From an uncultured Solirubrobacteraceae bacterium (lineage in GTDB: Bacteria; Actinomycetota; Thermoleophilia; Solirubrobacterales; Solirubrobacteraceae): DNA of 64,000 nucleotides. Positions 9,910-19,306 of this stretch are shown here, piece after piece. The notes under the pieces were generated by a model that had not been told where the DNA came from, searched no databases, and saw nothing but the letters and a program-made list of their open reading frames with translations. Made by a program: the position numbers and the translations under genes. Position 1 is the first letter of the stretch. Every line of letters begins with the position of its first letter. The stretch lies in the NCBI GenBank assembly GCA_964588985.1, contig CAZPQW010000010.1:52745-116744 (forward strand), written 5' to 3'.

Positions 9910-10161
9910 ATGCACGAGCAAGCTCCAGGGCCCGGCGCGGCGAAGCTCGAACGCGCGATCGTGCTGGAGCTGCTCGACGGCGCGGGCGAGCGGGCCCGCT
10001 CGTGCGCGGAGCTCGCGGCGGACCTCGACGCGTCGGAGGCGGAGGTCGCGACGGCGGTGGAGCGGTTACGGGACGCCGGGGTCCTCCAGACGAACGGCCG
10101 GCAGGTGCTCGCGGCGCCGGCGGCGCTGCGCCTGGACGAGCTCGGCCTGATCGGCATCTGA
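9910..10161 (+). CDS. Small winged-HTH protein
   Basis: ELAADLDASEAEVATAVERLRDAGVL wHTH pattern; divergent from the permease. Confidence 0.7.
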   Translation: MHEQAPGPGAAKLERAIVLELLDGAGERARSCAELAADLDASEAEVATAVERLRDAGVLQTNGRQVLAAPAALRLDELGLIGI

Positions 10162-10220
10162 GGACTACGGATGACCTCATGTAAGCGGGATGTTTCGGTG
10201 TGGCGAGATAGGGTCCATCT

Positions 10221-11429
10221 ATGAGCGACCGCGTGCTCATCCTCTCCTGGGAGTACCCGCCTGTGATCGAGGGAGGGCTGGCGCGCCACGTGCGCAAGCT
10301 CGCCGAGGCTCTGGTTCGCCAGGGTGTGACGGTGGACGTGCTGACGCGCGGGGTGGGCGAGGGCCCGGAGGTCTCAGAGCACGGCGGCGTGACGGTGCAC
10401 CGCGTGCGCGAGCCGGCGTTCCCGCGCGACCTCGACCGCTTCGTGGCGTGGGTGGAGCGGATGAACGAGGACATGCTGCTGGCGGGCGAGGCGCTCGCGC
10501 AGGAGCACGACTACGACCTGATCCACGGCCACGACTGGCTCGTGGCGCAGGCGTCGGCGACGCTCGCCGACCGGATTGAGGTGCCGTACGTGACGACGAT
10601 CCACGCGACCGAGCACGGTCGCCACCAGGGCTGGGTGAAGGACGAGCCGCAGGCGCACATCCACGGGGTCGAGCGCTGGATGGCGCAGCGCGCGGACGCG
10701 GTGATCGTGTGCTCCTACTACATGCGCGGGCACGTGGCGGACATCTTCGACATCGACGAGCGGCGCGTGGCGGTGATCCCGAACGGCGTGGACCCGAGCG
10801 AACTGCAGCCGACAGGCGACCTGCAGGCGCTTCGCGCGAGCTTCGCGGCGCCGCACGAGAAGCTCGTGCTGCTGGTTGGCCGTCTGGTCTACGAGAAGGG
10901 CTTCCAGCTGGCGCTCGACGCGCTCCCGGGCGTGATCGAGCAGGTCGGCGACGTGCGCTTCATAGTCGCGGGCAGCGGCACGCACGAGGCGGAATTGAAG
11001 GCCCAGGCGGAGCGGCTGGGCCTCGGCGAGCACGGCACGTTCGTGGGCTGGATCGGCGATGACGTGCTGCACTCGCTCTACCGGATCGCGGATCTGTGCG
11101 TGATCCCGTCGATCTACGAGCCGTTCGGCCTCGTGGCGCTCGAGGCGATGGCGTCGGGCTGCCCGTGCATCGTCGCCGACACGGGCGGGCTGTGCGAGGT
11201 TGTGCCGGTGGGCGAGCGGGTGGGGCTGCGCTTCAACGGCGGCGACGCGGAGCACCTGGGCGTGATGATCGAACGGCTGCTGGTGGACGACGAGCTGCGC
11301 GACCGGCTGGTGACGGAGGCCTCCGAGCACGTGCTGCGCTTCGACTGGGACGACATCGCGCTGCGGACTCGCGACATCTACCATGATTTCGGTCAGCTGG
11401 CGAGGCGGGAGGGGGCTCGGAGAGGATGA
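10221..11429 (+). CDS. GT4 family glycosyltransferase
   Basis: SWEYPP, HGHDWL, GRLVYEKG, YEPFGLVALEAMA. Confidence 0.93.
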   Translation: MSDRVLILSWEYPPVIEGGLARHVRKLAEALVRQGVTVDVLTRGVGEGPEVSEHGGVTVHRVREPAFPRDLDRFVAWVERMNEDMLLAGEALAQEHDYDLIHGHDWLVAQASATLADRIEVPYVTTIHATEHGRHQGWVKDEPQAHIHGVERWMAQRADAVIVCSYYMRGHVADIFDIDERRVAVIPNGVDPSELQPTGDLQALRASFAAPHEKLVLLVGRLVYEKGFQLALDALPGVIEQVGDVRFIVAGSGTHEAELKAQAERLGLGEHGTFVGWIGDDVLHSLYRIADLCVIPSIYEPFGLVALEAMASGCPCIVADTGGLCEVVPVGERVGLRFNGGDAEHLGVMIERLLVDDELRDRLVTEASEHVLRFDWDDIALRTRDIYHDFGQLARREGARRG

Positions 11430-13066
11430 CGCAGATGCTCGAGGGTCTGATGCAGGACGACTTCCAGCTGACGCTGCACCACATTCGCCGGGCGATGCGC
11501 ACGAACAGCCCCGACGCGCGCGTGGTCACGCACGTGGAGCCCGGGACGGTGAGATCGGCGACGTTCGCGGAGGTCCACGAGCGGATCGACCGGCTCGCGC
11601 GGGCGCTGGTGCGCCTCGGCGTCGAGCCGGGCGACCGGGTGGGGACGTTCGCGTGGAACAACCAGCGCCACTTCGAGCTGTACTTCGCGATCCCGTGCCT
11701 GGGGGCGGTGCTGCACACGCTGAACATCCGCCTGTTCGAGGAGCAGCTGACGTACATCGTCAACCACGCGGAGGACAGGCTGATCTTCGTCGACGACTCG
11801 CTCGTGCCGATCCTGGAGAAGCTCGCCCCTAGCTTTCAGACGGTCACCCGCTTCGTGGTGATGGGCGACGGCGACGCTGGCTCGCTGCCGAACGCCCTGC
11901 GCTACGAGGACCTGCTGGAGGAGGCAGGCCCGGGCGAGTTCGCCTACCCGGAGGTGGACGAGCGCCAGGCGGCGGCGCTCTGCTACACCAGCGGCACGAC
12001 GGGCAACCCGAAGGGCGTGCTGTACTCGCACCGCTCGATCAGCCTGCACTCGACGGCGACGCTCGTGAAGGACGGCCTGGGACTTGGGCGCGCGGATCGC
12101 GTGTTGGCGGTGGTGCCGATGTTCCATGCGAACGCGTGGGGCCTGCCCCACGGCGCGGCCCTCGCGGGGGCGGACCTGATCCTGCCGGACCGCTTCCTCG
12201 GCGCCGAGCCGCTGGCGGAACTGATCACGGCGGAGCGCCCGACGCTGATGGGATGCGTGCCGACGATCTTCGCGGATCTGCTGCGCCACGCCGAGGCGAA
12301 CCCCGACCTCGACCTGTCGTCGCTGTCGAACGCGACGTGCGGCGGCTCGGCGGTCCCGCGTCAGCTGATGAAGGACTTCGAGGAGCGCCACAGCGTGCGC
12401 ATCTTCCAGGCGTGGGGGATGACGGAGACGAGCCCGGTGGCGACGTTCTCGCGGCCGCTGGAGGGCGAGCACGACGACGCATATTGGAACCAGCGCGCGA
12501 AGCAGGGCCGTCCGCTGCCGTGGGTCGAGCTGAGGCTGACCGACGACGCGGGCGAGGAAGTGCCGTGGGACGGGGAGTCGACGGGCGAGATCGAGGTTCG
12601 CGGCCCCTGGATCGCGTCGGGCTACTTCCGCGACGAGTCGAGCGATGAGAAGTTCGACTCCGGCTGGCTGCGCACGGGGGACATCGCGGCGGTCGACGAG
12701 CGGGGTTTCGTGCAGATCACGGACCGCTCGAAGGACGTGATCAAGTCGGGCGGGGAGTGGATCTCCTCGGTGGAGCTGGAGAACGAGCTGATGGCCCACC
12801 CCGACGTGGTGGAGGCGGCGGTGATCGCGAAGCCCGACGAGCGCTGGGCGGAGCGCCCGCTGTGCTGCGTGGTGCTGCGCGAGCACGCCGACACGAGCGC
12901 GGAGGATCTGCTCGAGCACCTGCGCGGCAGGGTCGCCAAGTGGTGGCTGCCGGACGAGTTCGCGTTCGTCGCGGAGATCCCGAAGACAAGCGTCGGCAAG
13001 TTCGACAAGAAGGTGCTGCGCGGCAGGCTCGCCGAGGACGAGCTCGAGGGCCGCGTGCGTGTGTAG
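11426..13066 (+). CDS. Long-chain fatty acid--CoA ligase (AlkK/DmdB-like)
   Basis: YTSGTTGNPKG, WGMTE, WLRTGD, DRSKDVIKSGGEWISS, PKTSVGKFDK. Confidence 0.93.
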   Translation: MTQMLEGLMQDDFQLTLHHIRRAMRTNSPDARVVTHVEPGTVRSATFAEVHERIDRLARALVRLGVEPGDRVGTFAWNNQRHFELYFAIPCLGAVLHTLNIRLFEEQLTYIVNHAEDRLIFVDDSLVPILEKLAPSFQTVTRFVVMGDGDAGSLPNALRYEDLLEEAGPGEFAYPEVDERQAAALCYTSGTTGNPKGVLYSHRSISLHSTATLVKDGLGLGRADRVLAVVPMFHANAWGLPHGAALAGADLILPDRFLGAEPLAELITAERPTLMGCVPTIFADLLRHAEANPDLDLSSLSNATCGGSAVPRQLMKDFEERHSVRIFQAWGMTETSPVATFSRPLEGEHDDAYWNQRAKQGRPLPWVELRLTDDAGEEVPWDGESTGEIEVRGPWIASGYFRDESSDEKFDSGWLRTGDIAAVDERGFVQITDRSKDVIKSGGEWISSVELENELMAHPDVVEAAVIAKPDERWAERPLCCVVLREHADTSAEDLLEHLRGRVAKWWLPDEFAFVAEIPKTSVGKFDKKVLRGRLAEDELEGRVRV

Positions 13067-13220
13067 CGACCGCCAAAGCTGATAGACCTTGCCCGTAATA
13101 AGGCAGGCCACCGGCCGAAAATGCCGAATCAAGACCAAACACGACCAAAAACGGGAGGTTGGCATGACTCGGACCGATGTCATGGCCTCGAGTAGGCCAC
13201 ACACCGAAGGCGCAGTGTCG

Positions 13221-13574
13221 ATGAGAAGCTCCATGCCGGGCCTGACGCGTCGCCTGTCGGCGATCTCGGCGCTGCTGCTGCTCGCGCTCGCGCTCGCGTT
13301 GCCGGCTGCGGCGTTCGCTGCGGAACCGACGACCGGCTACAACCAGACGCCGACGACGCCGAAAACCGGCACGTCGCCTTCGAAAGAAGAAAAAACCCCG
13401 GCGAGCGAACCGGCTCCGGAAAAAACCACCACCCCGACGACCGAAAAAGCGACCACGCTTCCTTTCACGGGCTTCGACCTGCGCTGGAGCCTCGCCGTGG
13501 GCGTGCTCCTGATGGGCGCCGGTTTCTCGATCGTTGCAGTACAGCGGCGTCAGCGTCGCGACAGCCACCGCTGA
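13221..13574 (+). CDS. Tiny secreted protein with LPXTG-type sorting signal (LPFTG)
   Basis: Signal peptide ending AFA, T/P/K/E-rich stretch, LPFTG plus TM helix plus RRQRR tail. Confidence 0.8.
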   Translation: MRSSMPGLTRRLSAISALLLLALALALPAAAFAAEPTTGYNQTPTTPKTGTSPSKEEKTPASEPAPEKTTTPTTEKATTLPFTGFDLRWSLAVGVLLMGAGFSIVAVQRRQRRDSHR

Positions 13575-13604
13575 GCGGCCGACGCCTTCAGCACTGCGGT
13601 AGGT

Positions 13605-13643
13605 AAAGGCGGCCGTCCTCCCGAAGGGGTGGGCGGCCGTTTT
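13605..13643 (+). terminator. Intrinsic terminator
   Basis: gcggccgtcc...gggcggccgt stem followed by tttt. Confidence 0.7.
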
Positions 13644-13653
13644 GTCGATCGAG

Positions 13654-14526
13654 ATGAGCTCAGTGCTGAGATCGGGTCTCGCGCGAGCCCCGTCGGGCGG
13701 GCTGGTGGTCGGCGCGATCGCGTCGGTGCAGTTCGGCGCGTCGTTGGCGGCGACGCTGTTCGAGCGGCTCGGGCCCGGCGGCACGACATCCCTGCGGCTG
13801 GCCTCCGCGGCGATCGTGCTGCTCGTGGTGTGGCGCCCGCGCGTGCGGGGACGCGGCAGGGACGAGCTGCTGTTGGCGATCGTGTTCGGCCTGGATCTGG
13901 CGGCGATGAACCTGTGCTTCTACGAGGCGGTAGCGAGGATCCCGTTGGGGATCGCGGTGGCGGTGGAGTTCGTGGGGCCGCTGGCGGTCGCGGTGATGGG
14001 CTCGCGCAGGCGATTGGATGCGCTGTGGGTGGCGCTCGCGGTGATCGGCATCCTCGCGCTGACGCGCGGCGGGGCACACGCGCTCAATGGGACGGGAGTG
14101 CTGCTCGCGGCGCTGGCGGGCGGCCTGTGGGGTTGCTACATCCTGTTGAACGCGCGGCTCGGGCGGGCGTTCGAGGGCTCGACTGGCCTGGCGCTGGCGC
14201 TGGGCGTGGCGGCGCTGGTGGCGCTTCCCGTGGGCGTGGCGTCAGCGGGCGTGCGCCTGCTGGAACCCGAATCTCTGGCGCTCGGCTCGGCGGTGGGCAT
14301 CCTCTCCTCGGCGATCCCCTACTCGTTCGAGCTGGAGGCGCTACGCAGGATCGCGGCGCCGGTGTTCGGCGTGCTGATGAGCCTCGAGCCGGCGATGGCG
14401 GCGCTGGCGGGCTTCGTGGTGCTCGGGCAGACGCTCGGCGTGCGCGCGCTGGCGGGCATAGCGCTCGTGATCGCTGCGTCCGTGGGCGCGTCTCGCGCGG
14501 CGGCCGAGGCGCCGTTGGCGTTGTAG
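13654..14526 (+). CDS. EamA/RhtA-type DMT transporter
   Basis: SVQFGASLA, RIPLGIAVAVEFVGP, LMSLEPAMAAL; about 10 TMs. Confidence 0.9.
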   Translation: MSSVLRSGLARAPSGGLVVGAIASVQFGASLAATLFERLGPGGTTSLRLASAAIVLLVVWRPRVRGRGRDELLLAIVFGLDLAAMNLCFYEAVARIPLGIAVAVEFVGPLAVAVMGSRRRLDALWVALAVIGILALTRGGAHALNGTGVLLAALAGGLWGCYILLNARLGRAFEGSTGLALALGVAALVALPVGVASAGVRLLEPESLALGSAVGILSSAIPYSFELEALRRIAAPVFGVLMSLEPAMAALAGFVVLGQTLGVRALAGIALVIAASVGASRAAAEAPLAL

Positions 14527-14590
14527 TTACAGCAGGTTCGGTGTTTTAACCGGACTCACGCACCTCATATGGGTGGTCGATAAGAAACAT

Positions 14591-15862
14591 ATGAGGGCTG
14601 CTGGCAGTGAAGTACGGGTGAGGCGGAGAGGCGACGGTGCACGGCCGGCCGATGACCCGCGCGTGGTGCGCGTGGCGCGTCAGCCGATCCTCGACCGCGA
14701 CGAGCGTCTGATCGGCTACGAGCTGCTGTTCCGGGCGCCCCTGATGGAGGCGGCCGGCGTCCTCGACGACGTCGAGGCGACCGCGACGGTGGTCGTCGAC
14801 GGGCTGCTCGACGTGGGCCTGTTCGACCTGGTGGGCGAGCGTCTGGCGTATGTGAACGTGTCGCGAGAGCTCCTGCTCGGCGTTCGCCCGCTGCCGCTTC
14901 CCGCTCGGCACGTTGTGCTCGAGCTGCTGGAGGACCAGGTGGTCGACGACGAGCTGCTCGGGGTGCTCGACGAGCTGCTCGACCAGCGCTTCACGATCGC
15001 GCTCGACGACTTCCGTCTGACGCCCGAGACCGAGCGGCTGCTGAAGTACGCGCGGATCGTGAAGGTCGACGTGCTCGAGCACACGGGGCAGGCGCTCGAC
15101 GAGCTCGTCGCCCGCCTGAGAGAGCACCGCCCGTCGTTCACCCTGATCGCGGAGAAGGTGGAGACACGGGAGGAGTTCGAGCACTGCCGAGCGCTCGGGT
15201 TTCACGCATTCCAGGGCTACTTCTTCGGCAAGCCCTCGCGTGTGAGGCAGAAGCGTCTGCCGTCCCAGGGGCTGAGCGCGCTGAGCGCGATGGCCGACCT
15301 GAACGCGACCGAGGACGTCGACGAGATCCATCGCATCATCACGCGCGACGCCGGACTGAGCATGCGCGTGCTTCGCTACGCCAACTCGGCTTATGTGTCG
15401 CTCCCGCGGCGGGTGAGATCCGTCCAGGAGGGGCTCGCGTGGCTCGGTGCGATAACCGTGCGGCGCCTCGCGCTGATGGTGGCGCTCGCCGGTGCGCGCG
15501 ACGTGCCGGATGTGCTGTTGGTGACGGCGCTCGTGCGGGCTCGCATGTGCCAGCTTCTGTCAGGGGAGGGCGATCGCGCTTTGGGCGACTCCTACTTCAC
15601 GGTCGGCCTGCTGTCGGTCGCCGACGCGCTCGTGGACGCGCCGATGGAGGACGTGATCGAGCAGCTGCCGCTGCGCCCCGAGATCGCGGTCGCGCTGCTG
15701 CACGGCGGTGGCGAGCTGGGCGAGCTGCTCACCGAGGTGATCGCATACGAGCGCGGCGACTTCCACGCCGCCGAGCGGCTGATTCGACTCCATCCCGAGG
15801 TGGAGCAGGTCTACCGCGACGCGACGACGTGGGCCGACGTCGGCGTCACCGGACTTGTCTGA
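14591..15862 (+). CDS. EAL-HDOD protein (YuxH/PdeH-like c-di-GMP phosphodiesterase)
   Basis: ARQPI..GYELLFR, IALDDF, AEKVET, FQGYFF; HDOD segment LRYANSA; start uncertain (14573-14618). Confidence 0.88.
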   Translation: MRAAGSEVRVRRRGDGARPADDPRVVRVARQPILDRDERLIGYELLFRAPLMEAAGVLDDVEATATVVVDGLLDVGLFDLVGERLAYVNVSRELLLGVRPLPLPARHVVLELLEDQVVDDELLGVLDELLDQRFTIALDDFRLTPETERLLKYARIVKVDVLEHTGQALDELVARLREHRPSFTLIAEKVETREEFEHCRALGFHAFQGYFFGKPSRVRQKRLPSQGLSALSAMADLNATEDVDEIHRIITRDAGLSMRVLRYANSAYVSLPRRVRSVQEGLAWLGAITVRRLALMVALAGARDVPDVLLVTALVRARMCQLLSGEGDRALGDSYFTVGLLSVADALVDAPMEDVIEQLPLRPEIAVALLHGGGELGELLTEVIAYERGDFHAAERLIRLHPEVEQVYRDATTWADVGVTGLV

Positions 15863-15920
15863 GTGGTCTCCGACATAATAGACTGATTCCGTGGTTTGGA
15901 CTGGGGGGTTTGGTGACGGC

Positions 15921-16658
15921 ATGACGCGCGAAGATCGGATCGTGGCGACGTTCGTGGAGCTCGCCGACACGATGATCGACAACTTCGACGTCGTCGAGTT
16001 CCTGCATCGCCTCGTCGAGCGCAGCGTCGAGCTGTTGGACTGCGCCGAGGTCGGACTGCTGCTCGCGAACGCCGAGGGCAGGCTGCAGGTGATGGCATCC
16101 TCGAGCGAGCGCTCTGAGGCGCTGGAGCTGTTGCAGTCTCAGTATGAGGAGGGACCGTGCTTCGATTGCTTTCGCAACGCAGAGGCGGTGTTCAGTGAGG
16201 ACCTGACGGCCGATCGTGGACGCTGGCCTCGCTTCGTGCCCGCCGCGATGGAGGCGGGCATCGGCTCGGTTCACGCGATCCCGATGCGCGTGCGAGGAGA
16301 GAGCGTGGGTGCGCTGAATCTGTTTCGCTCGCAGGTCGGTCGGATCGCGGAGCGAGATCTGACGCTCGGGCAGGGAATGGCGGATATCGCGGCGGTGTCT
16401 CTCCTGCAGGAGCGGGCGGTGCGTGAGACGCGCGGCGTGGTGGCGCAACTGCAGGGCGCTCTGAACAGCAGGGTTCTGATCGAGCAGGCGAAGGGCGTGC
16501 TCGCCGAGCGCGCCCAGGTCAGCGTGGACGCGGCGTTCGCCATCATGCGTGCGTATGCGAGAGCGCAAAACCGCCGCCTGAGCGACACCGCGCGAGATGT
16601 GGTGGAGGGCGGCCTCGACACTCGTGAGCTCATCGAGGCGCTGCCGCCTTTCCGCTAG
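15921..16658 (+). CDS. GAF-ANTAR RNA-binding regulator
   Basis: EGPCFDC GAF motif; QLQGALNSRVLIEQAKGVL..AFAIMRAYAR ANTAR motif. Confidence 0.93.
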   Translation: MTREDRIVATFVELADTMIDNFDVVEFLHRLVERSVELLDCAEVGLLLANAEGRLQVMASSSERSEALELLQSQYEEGPCFDCFRNAEAVFSEDLTADRGRWPRFVPAAMEAGIGSVHAIPMRVRGESVGALNLFRSQVGRIAERDLTLGQGMADIAAVSLLQERAVRETRGVVAQLQGALNSRVLIEQAKGVLAERAQVSVDAAFAIMRAYARAQNRRLSDTARDVVEGGLDTRELIEALPPFR

Positions 16659-17076
16659 CTCCGCGCACGCGGCAAATGTCGTCGGGACGACTCACTTGAA
16701 AGTCGAGATTCCAACAGACGGGATCGGTGATACCCTGCAAGCACGTCGCTCCAGACCTTGGTGACGTCCTACGTGGGGACTCCTACCTGTCTGGGGGCAA
16801 CATGCGGATGCAACCTCGTTCGCTGGGATCGGTCGGCTAGATGGCTGGTCGATTCCCCTGCGACGCGGGCGCGAGCGCTTGCGGGCTCGCGCAACGATGC
16901 CGACACCCGCCCTACCGTGAAAGCTTGCGATGCCGGGCGTGGGGTGGGCGCTGTGGTGTGCGCATGGCTGATCGCACGTTCTGTCGCGTGACATTCGATG
17001 CTCAGGACTCCGCGACCCGCGATGCGATGCGGAGTGCGGCAGCGCGGCAGCGCCGAGGGTCGCGCCGGCCACGCGC

Positions 17077-18162
17077 ATGACCGCGCGGGAGAACGAGAGG
17101 TCGCTGTCTGACCTCGACCGGAGCTCCTCGGAAGCAGACCAAAGCGCGGCGGACGCCGATCAGACACTCTCCGATGCGGACCAGACGGCCTCCGAGCGTG
17201 ATCAGGCGTCGGCTGACAACGATCAGCACGCGGCGGACATGGACCAGCATGCGAGCGAGAGCGTGGGCATCGAAGGAGACGGCGAGTCTATCTACGAGCA
17301 AACCCGCCAGATGCGCGCTGAGAGCACCATCGAGAGGAGCGTGACGAGCCTCGCGCGTGGCCACACCGCGGTAGCGCGCGACGATGTGGCTCGCCGGCGC
17401 GATCAGCTGTCGGCCGCTCGTGACGCTGCGAGCTCGGCGCGTGACGATCTGGCGGCGGCTCTCGACGCCCATGCCGAGAGCTTTGAACGACAGCAGCTGC
17501 TGAACGATGGGGCGGAGCACAACGGTGCGCACCACGTGCGGCTCCGCGCCGCTCATCAGCGTCAGCTGGCGGCTCGAGCACAGGCCGCGGCTCAGCGCAG
17601 GGCTGCCGCTGAAGATCGTGCGCGGGCCGCGAGCGATCGAGACCTGGCGGCGAAGGATCGCCTGGCGTACGCGGCCGAACTTGCGAGCGCCGAAGTGGAC
17701 GAGGTGACCGGTGCGCTACGTCGTCGCGTGGGTCTGGCCGCGCTGCAACGCGAGATGGATCGCGTGCTGCGCACGAAGGAGCAGCTCACGGTTGTGTTCA
17801 TCGACGTCGATGGCCTCAAGCGGGTCAACGACGAGATTGGCCATGCCGCCGGTGATGAGCTGTTGCGGACGGTGGTCGAGTGTGTGACGGAGGAGGTCCG
17901 CTCGTATGACCTCATCCTTCGCTTCGGCGGCGATGAGTTCGTGTGCTCGCTCTCGGGTGACAGCGTGGCGGAGATCGGGGGGCGCTTCGAGCGGATCGCC
18001 ACGCGCTTGAGCGAGGCGATTCCCCACGCGACGATCAGCACGGGCGTGAGCGAGCGCCGCCCGCAGGACACCGTCGGGACGCTGATCGGTCGTGCAGACG
18101 AGGCGATGATCGCGAAGCGCCGCAACGACAGGACCTCATGTCACCCGGAGCAAGGTCGCTGA
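17077..18162 (+). CDS. Diguanylate cyclase with N-terminal coiled-coil repeats
   Basis: FIDVDGLKRVND, RSYD I-site, RFGGDEF; heptad DQxxxDx repeats. Confidence 0.92.
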   Translation: MTARENERSLSDLDRSSSEADQSAADADQTLSDADQTASERDQASADNDQHAADMDQHASESVGIEGDGESIYEQTRQMRAESTIERSVTSLARGHTAVARDDVARRRDQLSAARDAASSARDDLAAALDAHAESFERQQLLNDGAEHNGAHHVRLRAAHQRQLAARAQAAAQRRAAAEDRARAASDRDLAAKDRLAYAAELASAEVDEVTGALRRRVGLAALQREMDRVLRTKEQLTVVFIDVDGLKRVNDEIGHAAGDELLRTVVECVTEEVRSYDLILRFGGDEFVCSLSGDSVAEIGGRFERIATRLSEAIPHATISTGVSERRPQDTVGTLIGRADEAMIAKRRNDRTSCHPEQGR

Positions 18163-18319
18163 TGCCGATCCGGAGCGCGCCGGCTGGACGCCCGTTCGAG
18201 TTGCGGCTCCGGATCATGGCTTTGGTTGGAAAGCGGCCGATAGCTCGAGTAGGTCGAACAGACCGGGGAGCGATTCCCCTTCAATCGCGGCGACTCGACG
18301 CCGCAGTGAGGAGACGTCC

Positions 18320-19306
18320 ATGAACGATGGCGTCCCAACTGAGCACCGGCCGCTCCTCGGCGGCTTTCTCCCAGCAAGTCGTCGCTCGCTCCTGCGAAGC
18401 GGACACAGGTCATATCGGGTTGGCGTGCTGATGTTTGGGCTGCTCTCGAGCCTGCTCCTCGCGAGCAGCGCGTCGGGCGCCGCGGCTCCTGTGGGTCTCG
18501 GGTCGGCGGCGAGCTTCTCTGTGCTGGGCGGCTCGACCGTCACGAACACCGGGCCGACGACGATGTTCGGCGACCTCGGTCTCAGCCCCGGGTCGTCGGT
18601 GACGGGCGCGCCGCACGTGCTCGGCCAGACCCACGTGGACGACGCGGTTGCGATCGGCGCGAAGAACGACCTCACGACCGCCTACAACGACGCCGCGTCG
18701 CGCCCGAGCAACGGCTCCGCGGGAACGGATTTGGCGGGCCAGACCTTCCTGCCCGGCGTGCGCAACGCGAGCAGCTCGCTGCTGCTGTCCTCCGGGGCGG
18801 TGACGCTCGACGCGAGGGGCGACCCGAACGCGGTCTTCATCTTCGAGATCGGCTCGACGCTGATCACCGCGTCGAACACGAGCGTGAGGTTGATAAATGG
18901 CGCGCAGGCGTGCAACGTGTTCTGGCAGGTCGGCTCCTCGGCGACGCTCGGTACGGGCACCCAGTTCGTCGGCACGATCATGGCGCTGGCGACGATCACG
19001 GCGAAGACCGCCGCGACGATCCACGGCAGGCTGCTCGCGAGCACCGGCGCGGTGAACCTCGAAAACAACACCATCACCACTTCCAACTGCGCCTCCAGCG
19101 TGAGCGGAAGCGGTGGCGGGACCGAAACGACGACCACCGGCACAGGGCCGGGAGGCGGAACGACCACGGGGCCGTCGACCGGGCCGAACGCCAAAGCGAA
19201 AGCACGCGCCAAAGCGAGGCGCAGGCGCGCCAAACGCAAACACGGCTCCACGACTGGACCAGCTCGCAAAGCACGGCCGCACCACACCGGCGCGTTCACG
19301 GGCTGA
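18320..19306 (+). CDS. Ice-binding-like (DUF3494) secreted protein with Gly/Thr linker and basic tail ending FTG
   Basis: SFSVLGGSTVTNTGPT, TLDARGDPNAVFIF, ACNVFWQVGSSATLGTG, GRLLA; GAGGAG RBS. Confidence 0.92.
   Translation: MNDGVPTEHRPLLGGFLPASRRSLLRSGHRSYRVGVLMFGLLSSLLLASSASGAAAPVGLGSAASFSVLGGSTVTNTGPTTMFGDLGLSPGSSVTGAPHVLGQTHVDDAVAIGAKNDLTTAYNDAASRPSNGSAGTDLAGQTFLPGVRNASSSLLLSSGAVTLDARGDPNAVFIFEIGSTLITASNTSVRLINGAQACNVFWQVGSSATLGTGTQFVGTIMALATITAKTAATIHGRLLASTGAVNLENNTITTSNCASSVSGSGGGTETTTTGTGPGGGTTTGPSTGPNAKAKARAKARRRRAKRKHGSTTGPARKARPHHTGAFTG

Noticed and set aside
8739-10289. 712-aa ORF as a single gene
   Set aside because: Only the last 195 aa are DsbA-like. The upstream part is an off-frame shadow of the permease.
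16802-16810. att repeat of the tRNA-Leu 3' end (atgcggatg)
   Set aside because: Only 9 bp, which is expected by chance in GC-rich DNA.
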